64,000 nt of DNA, taken from an uncultured bacterium. GTDB lineage: Bacteria; Desulfobacterota_D; UBA1144; Nemesobacterales; UBA2774. The notes beneath the pieces were generated by a model. The model was given only the letters and a program-made list of their open reading frames with translations, was not told the DNA's origin and did not search any database. Both the position numbers and the translations under genes were made by a program. How positions within the stretch are numbered: position 1 is the first letter of the stretch; every line of letters begins with the position of its first letter. Where the stretch lies: the NCBI GenBank assembly GCA_963825135.1, contig CAWGRW010000009.1, positions 736,001 through 800,000 on the forward strand, written 5' to 3'. This document shows, in pieces, positions 29,815-40,289 of the stretch.

Positions 29815-29974
29815 GGTCGTTTATCATCGGTGAAACGTCACTGACCGCGGCTGTTCCGGTATAGCACGCCGAACAATGATCCGAGTCAGGGCGGTAATGA
29901 TAACCGTATTTGGTGTTCGGCAAGCGCCGCTTACCCGGGGGGCCGACTTACAGTCATAGATGCACGCACGATCC
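29815..29974 (+). ncRNA. Candidate structured RNA / 5' leader of ribF
   Basis: Extended -10 (TGgTAATAT) just upstream. Multiple complementary segments: TTATCAT/ATGATAA, CTGAC/GTCAG, GCCGAACA/TGTTCGGC, GCGGC/GCCGC, GGTCGT/ACGATC. Confidence 0.35.
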
Positions 29975-29987
29975 AGGCAGAAATAGC

Positions 29988-30908
29988 ATGAAAGTTATAT
30001 TCGACCCCGAAGAACCGATAGAGAGCCCGACCTCAGCCACGATCGGGAACTTCGACGGCGTACACGCGGGGCATAAGAGAATATTGAAGGCGGTAAGGGA
30101 AACAGCGGAAAGCAAAGGATTGAGCTCCTGCGTTATAACCTTTCACCCGCACCCCCAGAAAGTCCTCCAGAATATAGACATCCCTCTCCTGATGCCGATA
30201 AGGGAGAGACTCAGGCTCCTCGGGAATGAAGGGATAGACTTCGTCGTGTGCTATACGTTTACGAAGGAAATCTCAAAAATTACAGCTAAAGACTTTATCT
30301 CCGAAATGCTGATCGACAGGCTCAAGGTCAAGCACCTCATCATAGGCCCCGATTTTTCCTTCGGCAGAAAGAGAGAGGGCAATGCGGAGCTTCTCAAAAC
30401 CATGGGCAAGATTTACGACTTCGAAACGAACGTCCTCGGACCGGTCTACATCGACAACGAGGTAGTCAGCAGCTCTGCCATCAGGAACCTTCTCAAAGAG
30501 GGGGACACGAGAAAGGCGGCCAGGTTCCTCGGTTACTTTTATTATATCGAGGGACAGGTTGCCGAGGGAGAAAAAAGGGGGAGACAGATCGGATACCCGA
30601 CCGCGAATCTGGAGACGGACTGGGACATACTTCCGAAAACCGGTGTTTACGCCACGAGGGCCTGTCTCGACGATAAAAAACTGGAGAGCATAACGAACAT
30701 AGGCTACAGACCGACTTTCGGGAGCAGCAAACTGCTCATCGAGACCCACATATTCGATTTCAATTCCGATATCTACGGCAAAAGGCTCAGGCTCGAGTTC
30801 GTGGAGAGGATAAGGGACGAGAAGCGTTTCGAGAGCGTGGACGCGCTCGTCGCCGAAATCAGGCTGGACGTGGAAAAGGTAAAAGAGGTGCTCAGAAATA
30901 CGCGCTGA
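29988..30908 (+). CDS. ribF: Bifunctional riboflavin kinase/FAD synthetase
   Basis: IGNFDGVHAGH, TFHPHP, SSS.IR, GRQIGYPTAN, NIGYRPTF, ETHIFDF, IRDEKRF. Confidence 0.96.
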   Translation: MKVIFDPEEPIESPTSATIGNFDGVHAGHKRILKAVRETAESKGLSSCVITFHPHPQKVLQNIDIPLLMPIRERLRLLGNEGIDFVVCYTFTKEISKITAKDFISEMLIDRLKVKHLIIGPDFSFGRKREGNAELLKTMGKIYDFETNVLGPVYIDNEVVSSSAIRNLLKEGDTRKAARFLGYFYYIEGQVAEGEKRGRQIGYPTANLETDWDILPKTGVYATRACLDDKKLESITNIGYRPTFGSSKLLIETHIFDFNSDIYGKRLRLEFVERIRDEKRFESVDALVAEIRLDVEKVKEVLRNTR

Positions 30909-30948
30909 TGTGCTATAACATTATTATTGCTCTCTGTGCGGGTGGATA

Positions 30949-31797
30949 TTGGGAATAAAAGCAACTACGCAAATATACGGCATATTCGGTCACCCGGTCG
31001 GTCACAGCCTGTCGCCCGCCATGCACAACGGCGCTTTCGGCGCGCTGGGGATTGATTCCGTGTATCTTGCATTCGATATAAGTCCCGAAAAAATAGGCCC
31101 GGCCGCAAACGCAGTGAGGACTCTCGGGATAAAGGGAGTAAATATCACCATTCCCCACAAAGAGAGCATAATCCCCTACCTCGACAAAATCTCTCCCGAC
31201 GCAAGGCTCATGGGCGCTGTCAATACGGTAAAGAACGACGACGGAATCCTGTCGGGTTATAACACCGATGTCGGGGGTTTCCTCAGGGCGTTAGAGGAAG
31301 ACGTCCATGCCAAACCCTCGGGGGCGAAGGTATTGCTCCTGGGCGCGGGCGGGGCTGCCCGCGCGGTACTGTCCGCACTCTGCATGAACGGGGCTGAAAG
31401 CGTTTATGTCGCGAACAGGACCCATGATAAAGCGCTCGATCTTAGCGCGGAATTCAAAAAACAGTTCAAAGACATAACGATAGAGCCGGTCGCGCTCGGC
31501 GACGAGAAAACGATAAAAGAAATACTTTCGAAAGCGGACATACTGGTCAATTCCACATCCGCCGGAATGGGGGGGAAGGAAGCTGTGGAGCTCCCGCTCG
31601 AATCCCTCAAAAAATCGGCCGCTGTATACGATCTCGTGTATAAACCCAGTGAGACGCGCCTCGTGACGGAAGCGCGGAGGCTCGGGCACAGTGCTTCAGG
31701 AGGGTTAAGCATGCTCCTTTACCAGGGCGCGCTCAGCTTCGAGATCTGGACGGGCCGGGAGGCCCCGATACGGGTAATGAGAGAAGCCATAGAATAA
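30949..31797 (+). CDS. aroE: Shikimate dehydrogenase
   Basis: HSLSP.MHN, NITIPHK, GAVNT, GYNTD, GAGGAARA, DLVY.P. Confidence 0.96.
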   Translation: MGIKATTQIYGIFGHPVGHSLSPAMHNGAFGALGIDSVYLAFDISPEKIGPAANAVRTLGIKGVNITIPHKESIIPYLDKISPDARLMGAVNTVKNDDGILSGYNTDVGGFLRALEEDVHAKPSGAKVLLLGAGGAARAVLSALCMNGAESVYVANRTHDKALDLSAEFKKQFKDITIEPVALGDEKTIKEILSKADILVNSTSAGMGGKEAVELPLESLKKSAAVYDLVYKPSETRLVTEARRLGHSASGGLSMLLYQGALSFEIWTGREAPIRVMREAIE

Positions 31798-31942
31798 GAC
31801 GCCCTCCAGCAATCCAATTTTACTCCAAAGTCAATCCGCCCATCTCCGGCCGGGCCCTCATAAAATCCCCACTGGCATATGTCGGGGCTTTATGAGATAA
31901 TGAAACTATAATCTCATAAGCTGAACAGCTATCGGAGGTGTA

Positions 31943-32179
31943 ATGAAAGTTGTAAGCCCCGCAGGAGATTTCGAAATCAAAGTCAATGACTCGTCTGTCG
32001 AGGGGGAATTCGTGGTGCTGACCGGACAGATGGGCGTGTGGGATTCGAAGATCTACCTGACGCCCGCGGATATTTGGCAGTTCGCTTCGATATTCCTGAG
32101 GCCCGCCGTTATTTTGTATATACTTAAGATGCCGTTCAGGTCCTTGTTCGGAGACCCGGACGGGAGCGCCGGAAGATAA
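31943..32179 (+). CDS. Small hypothetical protein
   Basis: 78-aa ORF with GGAGGT Shine-Dalgarno, in an otherwise empty interval. Confidence 0.7.
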   Translation: MKVVSPAGDFEIKVNDSSVEGEFVVLTGQMGVWDSKIYLTPADIWQFASIFLRPAVILYILKMPFRSLFGDPDGSAGR

Positions 32180-32315
32180 AACGGTGGTGTGATTAAGCGG
32201 CGCTTGTCACCGTGACGGGCGGTCCGGATGAGCGGGTAATTGAAAAGGGGGCTTGAAACTTAGTAAAGGAATTCTTAGACTTTTATTATACAAATCTGAA
32301 AAGGAGGGGCTTAGG

Positions 32316-32804
32316 ATGATAGATAATTTCGATGACTATGATTCCGATATTCCCGTTAACTATCGAGGCTTCGATCTCTCCGATGTGGATTATAACGAAC
32401 TACCAGGGCTCATGGAAAAAATAGACACTATCCATGAAGACATGGATAGAATTAAAAACCTCTCCAGTAAATTAATCGGCATCTACGAATCTTCCGAATC
32501 GGCCGGAGGCGCCTTGCCGGACAAGAGCAACCCCGTGTACGAGAGGTTCATCGATGAAGGCATAAAAGAATACGGCGAGGACAGGGGCAGAGAGCTGGTC
32601 GAGCTTCTCCTGGGCGGCCCCCAGGAATCACCCAAGCATCAGATCGCCAAGGCGAAGGCGCTCCTCATATCATACGAAAGGCTTTTCGAGGACGAAGAGT
32701 CCGAGCCGATCAACCCCTCTCAATTCGAGGAGAGCGACATATTCAAGACTATCAAGAAGCTCACGGGGAATAAAAACCTGTTCCCGGCGCTGAACTCGCA
32801 GTAA
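32316..32804 (+). CDS. Acidic hypothetical protein
   Basis: AAGGAGG upstream of MIDNF; fills the intergenic space. Confidence 0.7.
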   Translation: MIDNFDDYDSDIPVNYRGFDLSDVDYNELPGLMEKIDTIHEDMDRIKNLSSKLIGIYESSESAGGALPDKSNPVYERFIDEGIKEYGEDRGRELVELLLGGPQESPKHQIAKAKALLISYERLFEDEESEPINPSQFEESDIFKTIKKLTGNKNLFPALNSQ

Positions 32805-32851
32805 CAGCGGGGTGATTTCGCGAAGGGGATCCCCCGATAATAAAACAGAGC

Positions 32852-33829
32852 CTAACCGAGGCGCCCCAGCACTTCAGGGTTGACGAGGTGCATTGGCGTT
32901 TTTCCGCCGAGCGCAAGCTCGACGCTTTCGACAGCCATCTCAATCATCCTTATTCTCGTTTCCGCAGACGCGCTCCCTATGTGGGGAAGGAGCACCGTAT
33001 TTTTTAGCTTAAGCAGCTCGGGGCACACATCAGGCTCGCTCTCATATACATCCAGCCCCGCGCCCCATATCATCCCCGCCCCGAGGGCTTCGGCAAGCTC
33101 TCTCTCCTTGATTATCGGACCCCTTCCGACGTTCACAATAATTGAAGAAGGCTTCATTTGCCTGAACTCTTCGAGACCGAACCGCCCCCTCGTTTCCGAA
33201 TTAAGGGGAGAGGAGACTATGATAAAATCAGATTCCTTAAGGAGATTCGGAAAGTCCGTGTAGACAGCCCCCGTTTCCCTCTCGGCCTCCGCGTTCCTTT
33301 TCCTGTTGTTGTATATGATCCTCATCCCGAATCCCGCTGCCCTCCGGGCAGCCGCCGTGCCGATACGCCCCATGCCGAAGATACCGAGGGTCTTGCCGTG
33401 TATATTCTGCCCCAGAAGCAGAGACGGGTGCCAGGATTTGAAATCCCCCCGCCTTACATACGAGTCCGCTTCGATGACCCTCCGGGCAGCCGAAATCATC
33501 AGCGCCCACGCGAGGTCGGCTGTGGTTTCCGTGAGGACATCGGGCGTATTCGTGACCATGACACCCCTCTTAGTCGCGTATGGCACGTCTATGTTCTCAT
33601 ATCCGACGCCGCAGTTGGATACTATCTTAAGGCCCGGAAGAAGGTCGATGAACTCTTTGTCGATTTTATCGGAGACAGTCGAAATGACGGCTATTGAGCC
33701 GGCCGCGCCATCCAGCAGCTCCGCCCTCGTAGGCAGACGCTCCCCCACGAATTCCTGTACAAGGTATTCCGTCCTGAGCCGCTCGAACGCTTTCCCCGGA
33801 TACTGTGCGCTGACATATATTTTTTGCAT
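32852..33829 (-). CDS. D-isomer-specific 2-hydroxyacid dehydrogenase (glyoxylate/hydroxypyruvate reductase)
   Basis: VTNTPDVL.ETTAD, GMGRIG, VN.GRG, GLDVYE.EP, LPHIGSA. Confidence 0.93.
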   Translation of the reverse strand: MQKIYVSAQYPGKAFERLRTEYLVQEFVGERLPTRAELLDGAAGSIAVISTVSDKIDKEFIDLLPGLKIVSNCGVGYENIDVPYATKRGVMVTNTPDVLTETTADLAWALMISAARRVIEADSYVRRGDFKSWHPSLLLGQNIHGKTLGIFGMGRIGTAAARRAAGFGMRIIYNNRKRNAEAERETGAVYTDFPNLLKESDFIIVSSPLNSETRGRFGLEEFRQMKPSSIIVNVGRGPIIKERELAEALGAGMIWGAGLDVYESEPDVCPELLKLKNTVLLPHIGSASAETRIRMIEMAVESVELALGGKTPMHLVNPEVLGRLG

Positions 33830-33903
33830 TGTATATTTCCCGGCCCCCCCTCCGGCGCGCCGTTAACCCGCCGGCCAACCATCTCCCAAATTTGATACAG
33901 AGG

Positions 33904-35211
33904 CTATTTCTCAAACGGGTCGGGTATTTCCGGGTGCCACAGCTTGAAATGGTTCTTGTGGTTCTCGGTGTAGGCGCCCGGCGGATAGTACTTGTCGTAA
34001 AAATCCAGGTCCAGGTGGTGGGCCTGCACCATGAACCTCAGGAACATTGGGTCCGAGAACGCCGGGAACCTGCCGTACGTATCGTAGACGTAGTTGCAGA
34101 TATCCTTTACCACCTGTATCTCTTCCTTGCTCGGCCTCTCCACTTCCTGGAGCACCCCTTCGGGATTCTTGAACGGCATGGTATGGGACTCCCAGTTTGT
34201 CCACTTCATATCGTTTAACGCCTCGACCGCCTCTCCCATGTCCTTGTAATAGGGGGGACAGAAGGCCTGGAAATGGCCGTCCTTTCCGACCGCGACGGGG
34301 TTCGGATTACCCGTCTCGCCCTTTAGCTGGGGTGTGACGAACCTGAACCCGAGACCCCTGTTAAAGGGAGTGCCGCCCAGCATGAACATGCTCGCGAAAC
34401 CGCTGAAGAGCCATCCGCCGAGTCCGAGCGCCTGGAGCGTAAGCGCCATGTTCTGTCCCATGAACGCCTGCTCGGCTATGTAGCCGTTCGCGAACCTGAG
34501 CTCGGCTTCTATGAGCGGCATCCTCTTCCCGAGGTCGAGGAAGCCCTTTTTCTGCCATTCGGCGGTTCCGGGCGCCCTCATGCCGTGAAGCTCGTCGACG
34601 AAATTAAATCTGTGGTCGGGGCGCATGTAGAAGAAATAAAGATTGATGATGCAGGCGGAGAGGTCCGTTACGGGCATGAACAGCGTCGTACCGGGTTTAT
34701 TCACGTTCCAGAGGTTATGCGCGGCTAGTCCGGGCGGTTTGGAAGGAAGGTCGGCGCGCTTGTCCTCGAGCGTTATCCTGGACTCCCTGAAGAGCTCGAG
34801 TATACGGTCTACCCTCTTCTCCCGGCTAAGGCCTTCGAGACCCCTGAAATCATCTGGCCGCTTGTCGTGGAGCTTTACCATGTACGTGCCTTCGTCGTTG
34901 GTGTAGAAAAGCTCCGTCCTGTGAACGTCGCCTAGCGCGGGGATCGTCCTGCTCGTGAACTGCATCTCGAGATCGAGTCCCACGTGCGGGGGAAAATCCG
35001 AAAGGTTGATGTTTTTTACGCCTAAGCCGTTCCAGACTATTATCGCCTCTTCGAGCTCCGAGAGTGGGACCGGTGCGTGTCCGGATTTGTAGGCGAGCGG
35101 CCCTTTCTCGATCTCCATGCCGAGGCCGAACCTCCTCGACCTCCTCTCAAATACGGCGTCCATGAATTTATAATCGACGGCAACGTCGAGCCCCGGCGGA
35201 TATTTGCCCAT
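33904..35211 (-). CDS. Large nitroreductase-fold-like hypothetical protein
   Basis: RRSRRF near the N-terminus and QNMALTLQALGLGGW resemble nitroreductase FMN-binding motifs. Confidence 0.55.
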   Translation of the reverse strand: MGKYPPGLDVAVDYKFMDAVFERRSRRFGLGMEIEKGPLAYKSGHAPVPLSELEEAIIVWNGLGVKNINLSDFPPHVGLDLEMQFTSRTIPALGDVHRTELFYTNDEGTYMVKLHDKRPDDFRGLEGLSREKRVDRILELFRESRITLEDKRADLPSKPPGLAAHNLWNVNKPGTTLFMPVTDLSACIINLYFFYMRPDHRFNFVDELHGMRAPGTAEWQKKGFLDLGKRMPLIEAELRFANGYIAEQAFMGQNMALTLQALGLGGWLFSGFASMFMLGGTPFNRGLGFRFVTPQLKGETGNPNPVAVGKDGHFQAFCPPYYKDMGEAVEALNDMKWTNWESHTMPFKNPEGVLQEVERPSKEEIQVVKDICNYVYDTYGRFPAFSDPMFLRFMVQAHHLDLDFYDKYYPPGAYTENHKNHFKLWHPEIPDPFEK

Positions 35212-35371
35212 TTCTCGTGATCCCCCTGTGATTTTTGAAGGTTAGTGTAGCAAAATTGAAAGTTTAATCCAAATCGCGCTGAAAATAGAAAATATATTGA
35301 TAGCCATGCCGTAATTCATCAAATATACTTTCATATGCCCGGTTCGATTTCGAACTCGATACGGCTCGAAC

Positions 35372-36110
35372 ATGAGATACGGTCTCCGAATTGACACGCC
35401 CTTACTTATTGGATTAGTACTGACGATCGTCTTCATCGCGTCATGTTATCCGTCTGGATACAACATCCCCCCGCCGCCCCCTTTTGCTCCTCAGCCGAAT
35501 GTGCAGACGAGCGGGGACAGCGTGAGGATCACGGTTATCCCTTCATACTGGACGGGGTCCCCGGGGAACCTTCAGAATTACGTAACGCCATTTTATATAC
35601 AAATCGAGAACTTTTCCGGTCAAACCATCGGATTCGATTACAGCGATATCGTTTTATTCGACCAGTTCAGGACCCAGTACAGCCCGCTCAACCCGGAGGC
35701 AGTGGCTGACATAGTCAGGTCCTCGGCTCCGGCATACGCCTATCCCGTATATCCGAATGTATCCATAGGCGTAGGGGGCGGGTATTACGGAGGCTTCTAC
35801 AGGGGCGGATGGGGCCCTTACTCGGCCGTACTGGAGGCCGTTCGGGTTCTATGCATTTAACCCGATATGGTACTATCCTCAGCCCGCTTATTATTACGCA
35901 AGGCCCCCCCAGAGCACGAAGGACGTTATCACGGAGGCGCTCGCGCCCGGGACAATCGCCCCGAATGCTTCCATAAGGGGCTATATATTTTTCAAACAGA
36001 TTCCGGGCGGTGTAACAGGGGTCACGCTCGACATAGGTTACGGCATAGAAGGAACGCCCGTATCCCGCACGCTATCGTTCCAGTTCCCGGTGCTTTCGGG
36101 CGGCCAATGA
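35372..36110 (+). CDS. Hypothetical lipoprotein, frameshift near 35824
   Basis: Lipobox IASC. After GWGPYS a shifted frame continues PYWRPFGFYAFNPIWYYPQP...TEALAPGTIAPNASIRGYIFF...FQFPVLSGGQ to TGA at 36110. Confidence 0.75.
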
Positions 36111-36190
36111 CCTATCGAGAGTACGCGGTCTATTTTCTTTTGATGAACTAACGGGGTTTCCCGGCTATTCGTTCCCGAGCCGGGCGGGCT

Positions 36191-37279
36191 TCATTTTACC
36201 CTCTCACTTCCGAGCTCTTTCAGCCTGCTGTAAAGCTCTTTTTCTTCGTGAGAGACCTTCTTGGGTATTTCGACCTGAATCCTGACGTACAGGTCGCCGC
36301 GTCTCCCGCTCCTGAAACCCGGAAGCCCCTCGTTAGGTATGCGCATTACAGTACCGGGCTGCGTTCCCGGCGGGACCTTCATCTCGATCTCGCCCGTGAG
36401 CGTAGGGATATCGAGCTTGGTCCCGAGTACGGCATCGGAGACCCGAATTTGCTCCGTCCTGTGGAGGTGTTCCCCTCTCCGCTCGAACCTCGGATCGTCT
36501 TCCGTCCGGATTATGACTATCAAATCCCCGGGCGGGCCCCCCGGCTCGGGGCTCGTATTCCCTCTCCCGGTGACGCGAAGAGCCACGCCCTCCTCTATCC
36601 CCTCGGGAATCTTGATCTTGATCTCGCTCTTTTCGTCAACTTCCCCCCTTCCCCCGCAGGCTGGACAAAATTCCTCTATTATCGAGCCCTTTCCCTTGCA
36701 CCCCGGGCAGATGGCGACCTGCTGGAAAGTCATGCCCTGCTGACGGCTCGTATAGACCTTCTGACCCGCCCCCCCGCACTCGGAACAGGTTTTGGGCTCG
36801 GTCCCGGGTTTCGCCCCCGACCCCTTGCAATCAGGGCAGGCGGCCTTCCGCCCGTATGCCACGGTCTCTTCGCCGCCGGTAAGTATCTTTTTCAGGGGCA
36901 CGGTAATTTCAACCTCTATATCCCTGCCCCTCGCGGGCCCTCTCCTCCTCCCGAATCCGAATATCTCATCGAAAAGGCCTCCCCCTACGCCGCCCCCGCC
37001 GAATATGTCCCCGAAGTTGATTCCGCTGAATATATCCTCGGCGGACATCCCGTCGAGGGCGGAAAACCCTCCCCTGTCATAGCGGGAGCGCTTCTCGGAA
37101 TCGGACAGGACTCCGTAGGCCTCCGAGAGCTCTTTGAATTTCTCCTCGGCGTCGGGCGCGTCGTTGTGATCGGGATGATACTGCATGGCAAGCCTGCGGT
37201 ATGCCTTTTTTATTTCCTGCTGGCTCGCGCCTCTTTCGACGTCAAGTACCTCGTAATAATCTCTTTTTCCATTGGCCAT
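36191..37279 (-). CDS. dnaJ: Chaperone DnaJ
   Basis: J domain with HPD, G/F region, four CxxCxGxG repeats, C-terminal domain. Confidence 0.95.
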   Translation of the reverse strand: MANGKRDYYEVLDVERGASQQEIKKAYRRLAMQYHPDHNDAPDAEEKFKELSEAYGVLSDSEKRSRYDRGGFSALDGMSAEDIFSGINFGDIFGGGGVGGGLFDEIFGFGRRRGPARGRDIEVEITVPLKKILTGGEETVAYGRKAACPDCKGSGAKPGTEPKTCSECGGAGQKVYTSRQQGMTFQQVAICPGCKGKGSIIEEFCPACGGRGEVDEKSEIKIKIPEGIEEGVALRVTGRGNTSPEPGGPPGDLIVIIRTEDDPRFERRGEHLHRTEQIRVSDAVLGTKLDIPTLTGEIEMKVPPGTQPGTVMRIPNEGLPGFRSGRRGDLYVRIQVEIPKKVSHEEKELYSRLKELGSERVK

Positions 37280-37470
37280 GTGCAAAACCTATAATAGCTC
37301 TTATTTCTTATATAAAAATCATTCCCCTCTTTTCAAGTCAGGATTATACGCAAATCCGGGCTTATTGAGGGCGCGACCCGGTACAGAGCGGGATATTCTA
37401 TACGAAAATAACCGCGAATCCCATATCAAAACGTGGAGATAAATTCAGGGATCGGAAAGAAGGACGCGGG

Positions 37471-40203
37471 CTATGAGGATAAGGATTGCCGTAAGTATCT
37501 GCCGGTGTGAGATTTCCCGGACTTTGAGACCTCTTCCGGAGTCCCTGTGGCAATAACGTATCCCCCCTCGTCCCCGCCCTCGGGACCTAAGTCGAGCACA
37601 TGGTCCGCCGACTTTATTACGTCGAGGTTGTGCTCCACGACCAGCACGGTATTGCCCGCGAGAACGAGCTTGTTAATCACTTCGAGCAGCTTCCTGACGT
37701 CCTCTGCGTGAAGCCCGACTGTAGGCTCGTCGAGTATGTACAGTATGTCCTTGCCGCCTTTTCTCCCGAGCTCTCTGGCTATTTTTATCCTCTGGGCCTC
37801 CCCTCCCGAAAGCGTGGGGGCAGCCTGGCCGAGCCTTACGTAGCTCATGCCCACGTCCTGGAGTATCCGGAGCTTCCTGCCGATAGCCGGCACATCGTAA
37901 AAGAAATTAATAGCCTCGTTGACGGTGAGAGAAAGTATCTCGTCGATGTTCTTGTTCCTGAACTGTACCGAGAGCACCTCCTTGTTAAACCTCTTGCCCC
38001 CGCACTCCTCGCACGTAATGAACACGTCGGCCAGAAAGTGCATCTCTATCTGCTGAACGCCCTCGCCCTCACATGTCTCGCACCTGCCCCCCGGGACGTT
38101 GAATGAAAAATGGGACGGGGTAAGCCCCTTCGATTTCGCCTGCCAGGTCCCGGCCATCGCCTTTCTTATCTCGTCATACGCCTTGATATACGTTACGGGA
38201 TTAGACCTCGAGCTCTTCCCGATCGGGTTCTGATCGAGCATGATCACGTCCGACAAATACTCCGCACCCCTGATCTCCTTGTACCTGCCTACCCTCTCGA
38301 CCTCGCCCCTGAACTTTCTCGCAAGGGCCGAATAAATTACATCGTTCACAAGCGAGCTCTTCCCCGAGCCCGAAACCCCGGTTACGCAGACGAACGTCCT
38401 GAGCGGAAAGGAAACGGTCAGGTTTTTCAGGTTGTTCTCCTCCGCCCCGATGACGGTCAGCGATTTCCCGCTCCCCTTCCGTCTTTTAAGCGGGGCCTCT
38501 ATTTCCGTCTTCCCGGTTATATACCTCTTCGTGAGGGTCTCGACCGGGTTATCGAGCAGCTCTTTCACCTCACCCTGAAAGACGATATCCCCGCCCCTTT
38601 CGCCCGCGAGTGGACCGAGCTCGACTACGTGGTCGGCTGACCTTATCATCTCAAAATCGTGCTCGACCACGACGACCGTATTGTCCCTGTCCCTGAGCTC
38701 CCTGATGAGAGAGATGAGACGGTCGATGTCCCTGGGGTGAAGCCCGATCGACGGCTCGTCCATGATATAAAGCGTGTCCGTAAGCGTAGCCCCCAGCTGG
38801 CACGCGAGGTTCACCCGCTGCGCCTCGCCCCCGGACAGGGTCTTCGAAAGACGGGCGAGCGTGAGGTATTCGAGACCGACCTTGATCAGGAAATCTATCC
38901 TCGATCTAATCTGCTTTAAAATTTCGTGGGCGATGTTTCTTTCATACTCGCTGAGCGTAAGCTCTTCGAAGAACTTTCCGAGCCCGTCTATCGGCAAAAG
39001 CGAAAGCTCGAAGATATTCATGCCCCCTACCTTTACCCAGAGAGCCTCCTTGACGAGCCGCGATCCCCGGCAGTCATCGCACATGAACGCCGATCTGTAC
39101 TTACTGAGAAATACCCTCACGTGCATCTTGTAGTTTTTTTCCTCAAGGTGCCTGAAAATCCCTGCAACACCCGGAAATCCGCCCTCTCCTTCGAAGACGA
39201 GCTCTTTTTCCCTGTCCGTAAGCGCTTCATACGGCTTATCCGTATATATCCCCCTCTCCTCCGCGAAACGGAGGAGCTTTCTCATCTGGGGTTTCAGGGA
39301 CGGCTTGGTCAGGGGCTCTATTGCGCCTCCGGACAGGCTTTTCCCGGGATTCGGAACGACGAGGTCGGGGTCCAGACCGAGTATATTGCCGAACCCCTTG
39401 CAACCAGGACAGGCGCCCTGCGGGCTGTTGAAGGAAAAAAGGAGCGGAGTAGGCTCATTAAACTTCATATGACATTCGGGACATTCGAGGTCCGCCGAGT
39501 ACCTGAGAGTCTCGCCGCCGACTATGCGGACGTTCACATGCCTGCCCTCCTCAAAGGCGAGCTCGAGCGAGCCGACGATCCTGGAGCGGGATTTTTTCTC
39601 TATAACAAGCCTGTCGAGGACGATCTCCGAACCCTTCGGGACCTTCGGCAGGCCCTCGACCTCGATGATTTCGCCTGCTGTTATGATTCTCGTGAAGCCG
39701 TTAGATAACAGCTCGGCAGGGGTAAGATTTAGATTCCCGGGGGGGAACGTGATTAAAGCCCTTTTCCCCTCATGGTCGCTCAACAGTTCCCCGGCTATGT
39801 CCCCGGGGGACCTGTGCCTGACCTCCCTTCCGCATTCGGGGCAGAAGATCCTGCCGACTTTAGCAAAAAGGAGTCTCAGATAATCATATACTTCCGTGGT
39901 CGTCCCCACGGTCGAGCGCGAGTTCCTGACCGTATTCCTGCTCTCGATCGCGACTGCGGGAGGGAGCCCCGATATATCGTCCATATCCGGGCGGTCGACA
40001 CGCTCGAGGAACTGCCTCGCATAGGTCGACAAGCACTCGATGTACCTCCTGAGCCCCTCGGCGTAGAGCGTATCGAGGGCGAGCGAGGACTTTCCCGAGC
40101 CGCTCAATCCGGTTATAACCGTATATCTATGCCAGGGGATGGAAACGGTTACGTTCTTTAGGTTGTTCTCCCTGGCTCCCTCGATCCTTATCTCGCCTTT
40201 CAT
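37471..40203 (-). CDS. uvrA: Excinuclease ABC subunit A
   Basis: Two GSGKSSL Walker A motifs, two LSGGEAQR signatures, zinc fingers, FSFN.P.G.C. Confidence 0.95.
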   Translation of the reverse strand: MKGEIRIEGARENNLKNVTVSIPWHRYTVITGLSGSGKSSLALDTLYAEGLRRYIECLSTYARQFLERVDRPDMDDISGLPPAVAIESRNTVRNSRSTVGTTTEVYDYLRLLFAKVGRIFCPECGREVRHRSPGDIAGELLSDHEGKRALITFPPGNLNLTPAELLSNGFTRIITAGEIIEVEGLPKVPKGSEIVLDRLVIEKKSRSRIVGSLELAFEEGRHVNVRIVGGETLRYSADLECPECHMKFNEPTPLLFSFNSPQGACPGCKGFGNILGLDPDLVVPNPGKSLSGGAIEPLTKPSLKPQMRKLLRFAEERGIYTDKPYEALTDREKELVFEGEGGFPGVAGIFRHLEEKNYKMHVRVFLSKYRSAFMCDDCRGSRLVKEALWVKVGGMNIFELSLLPIDGLGKFFEELTLSEYERNIAHEILKQIRSRIDFLIKVGLEYLTLARLSKTLSGGEAQRVNLACQLGATLTDTLYIMDEPSIGLHPRDIDRLISLIRELRDRDNTVVVVEHDFEMIRSADHVVELGPLAGERGGDIVFQGEVKELLDNPVETLTKRYITGKTEIEAPLKRRKGSGKSLTVIGAEENNLKNLTVSFPLRTFVCVTGVSGSGKSSLVNDVIYSALARKFRGEVERVGRYKEIRGAEYLSDVIMLDQNPIGKSSRSNPVTYIKAYDEIRKAMAGTWQAKSKGLTPSHFSFNVPGGRCETCEGEGVQQIEMHFLADVFITCEECGGKRFNKEVLSVQFRNKNIDEILSLTVNEAINFFYDVPAIGRKLRILQDVGMSYVRLGQAAPTLSGGEAQRIKIARELGRKGGKDILYILDEPTVGLHAEDVRKLLEVINKLVLAGNTVLVVEHNLDVIKSADHVLDLGPEGGDEGGYVIATGTPEEVSKSGKSHTGRYLRQSLSS

Positions 40204-40289
40204 GTCTATGCCGATGCCCTTAATCCGATTGTAAGTATGAATAGAAACCGGTCTACCCGGCGGGTCGTGATTACGGTAAATTCTTTGAA

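Noticed and set aside
29881..29905. SRP (4.5S) RNA
   Set aside because: GTCAGG and a GNRA-like loop are present, but the conserved AGCAG strand is missing.
36248..40161. Long antisense ORFs opposite dnaJ and uvrA (similar ones opposite GT4, ntrC and hemL)
   Set aside because: Shadow ORFs of well-conserved genes with no recognisable motifs.
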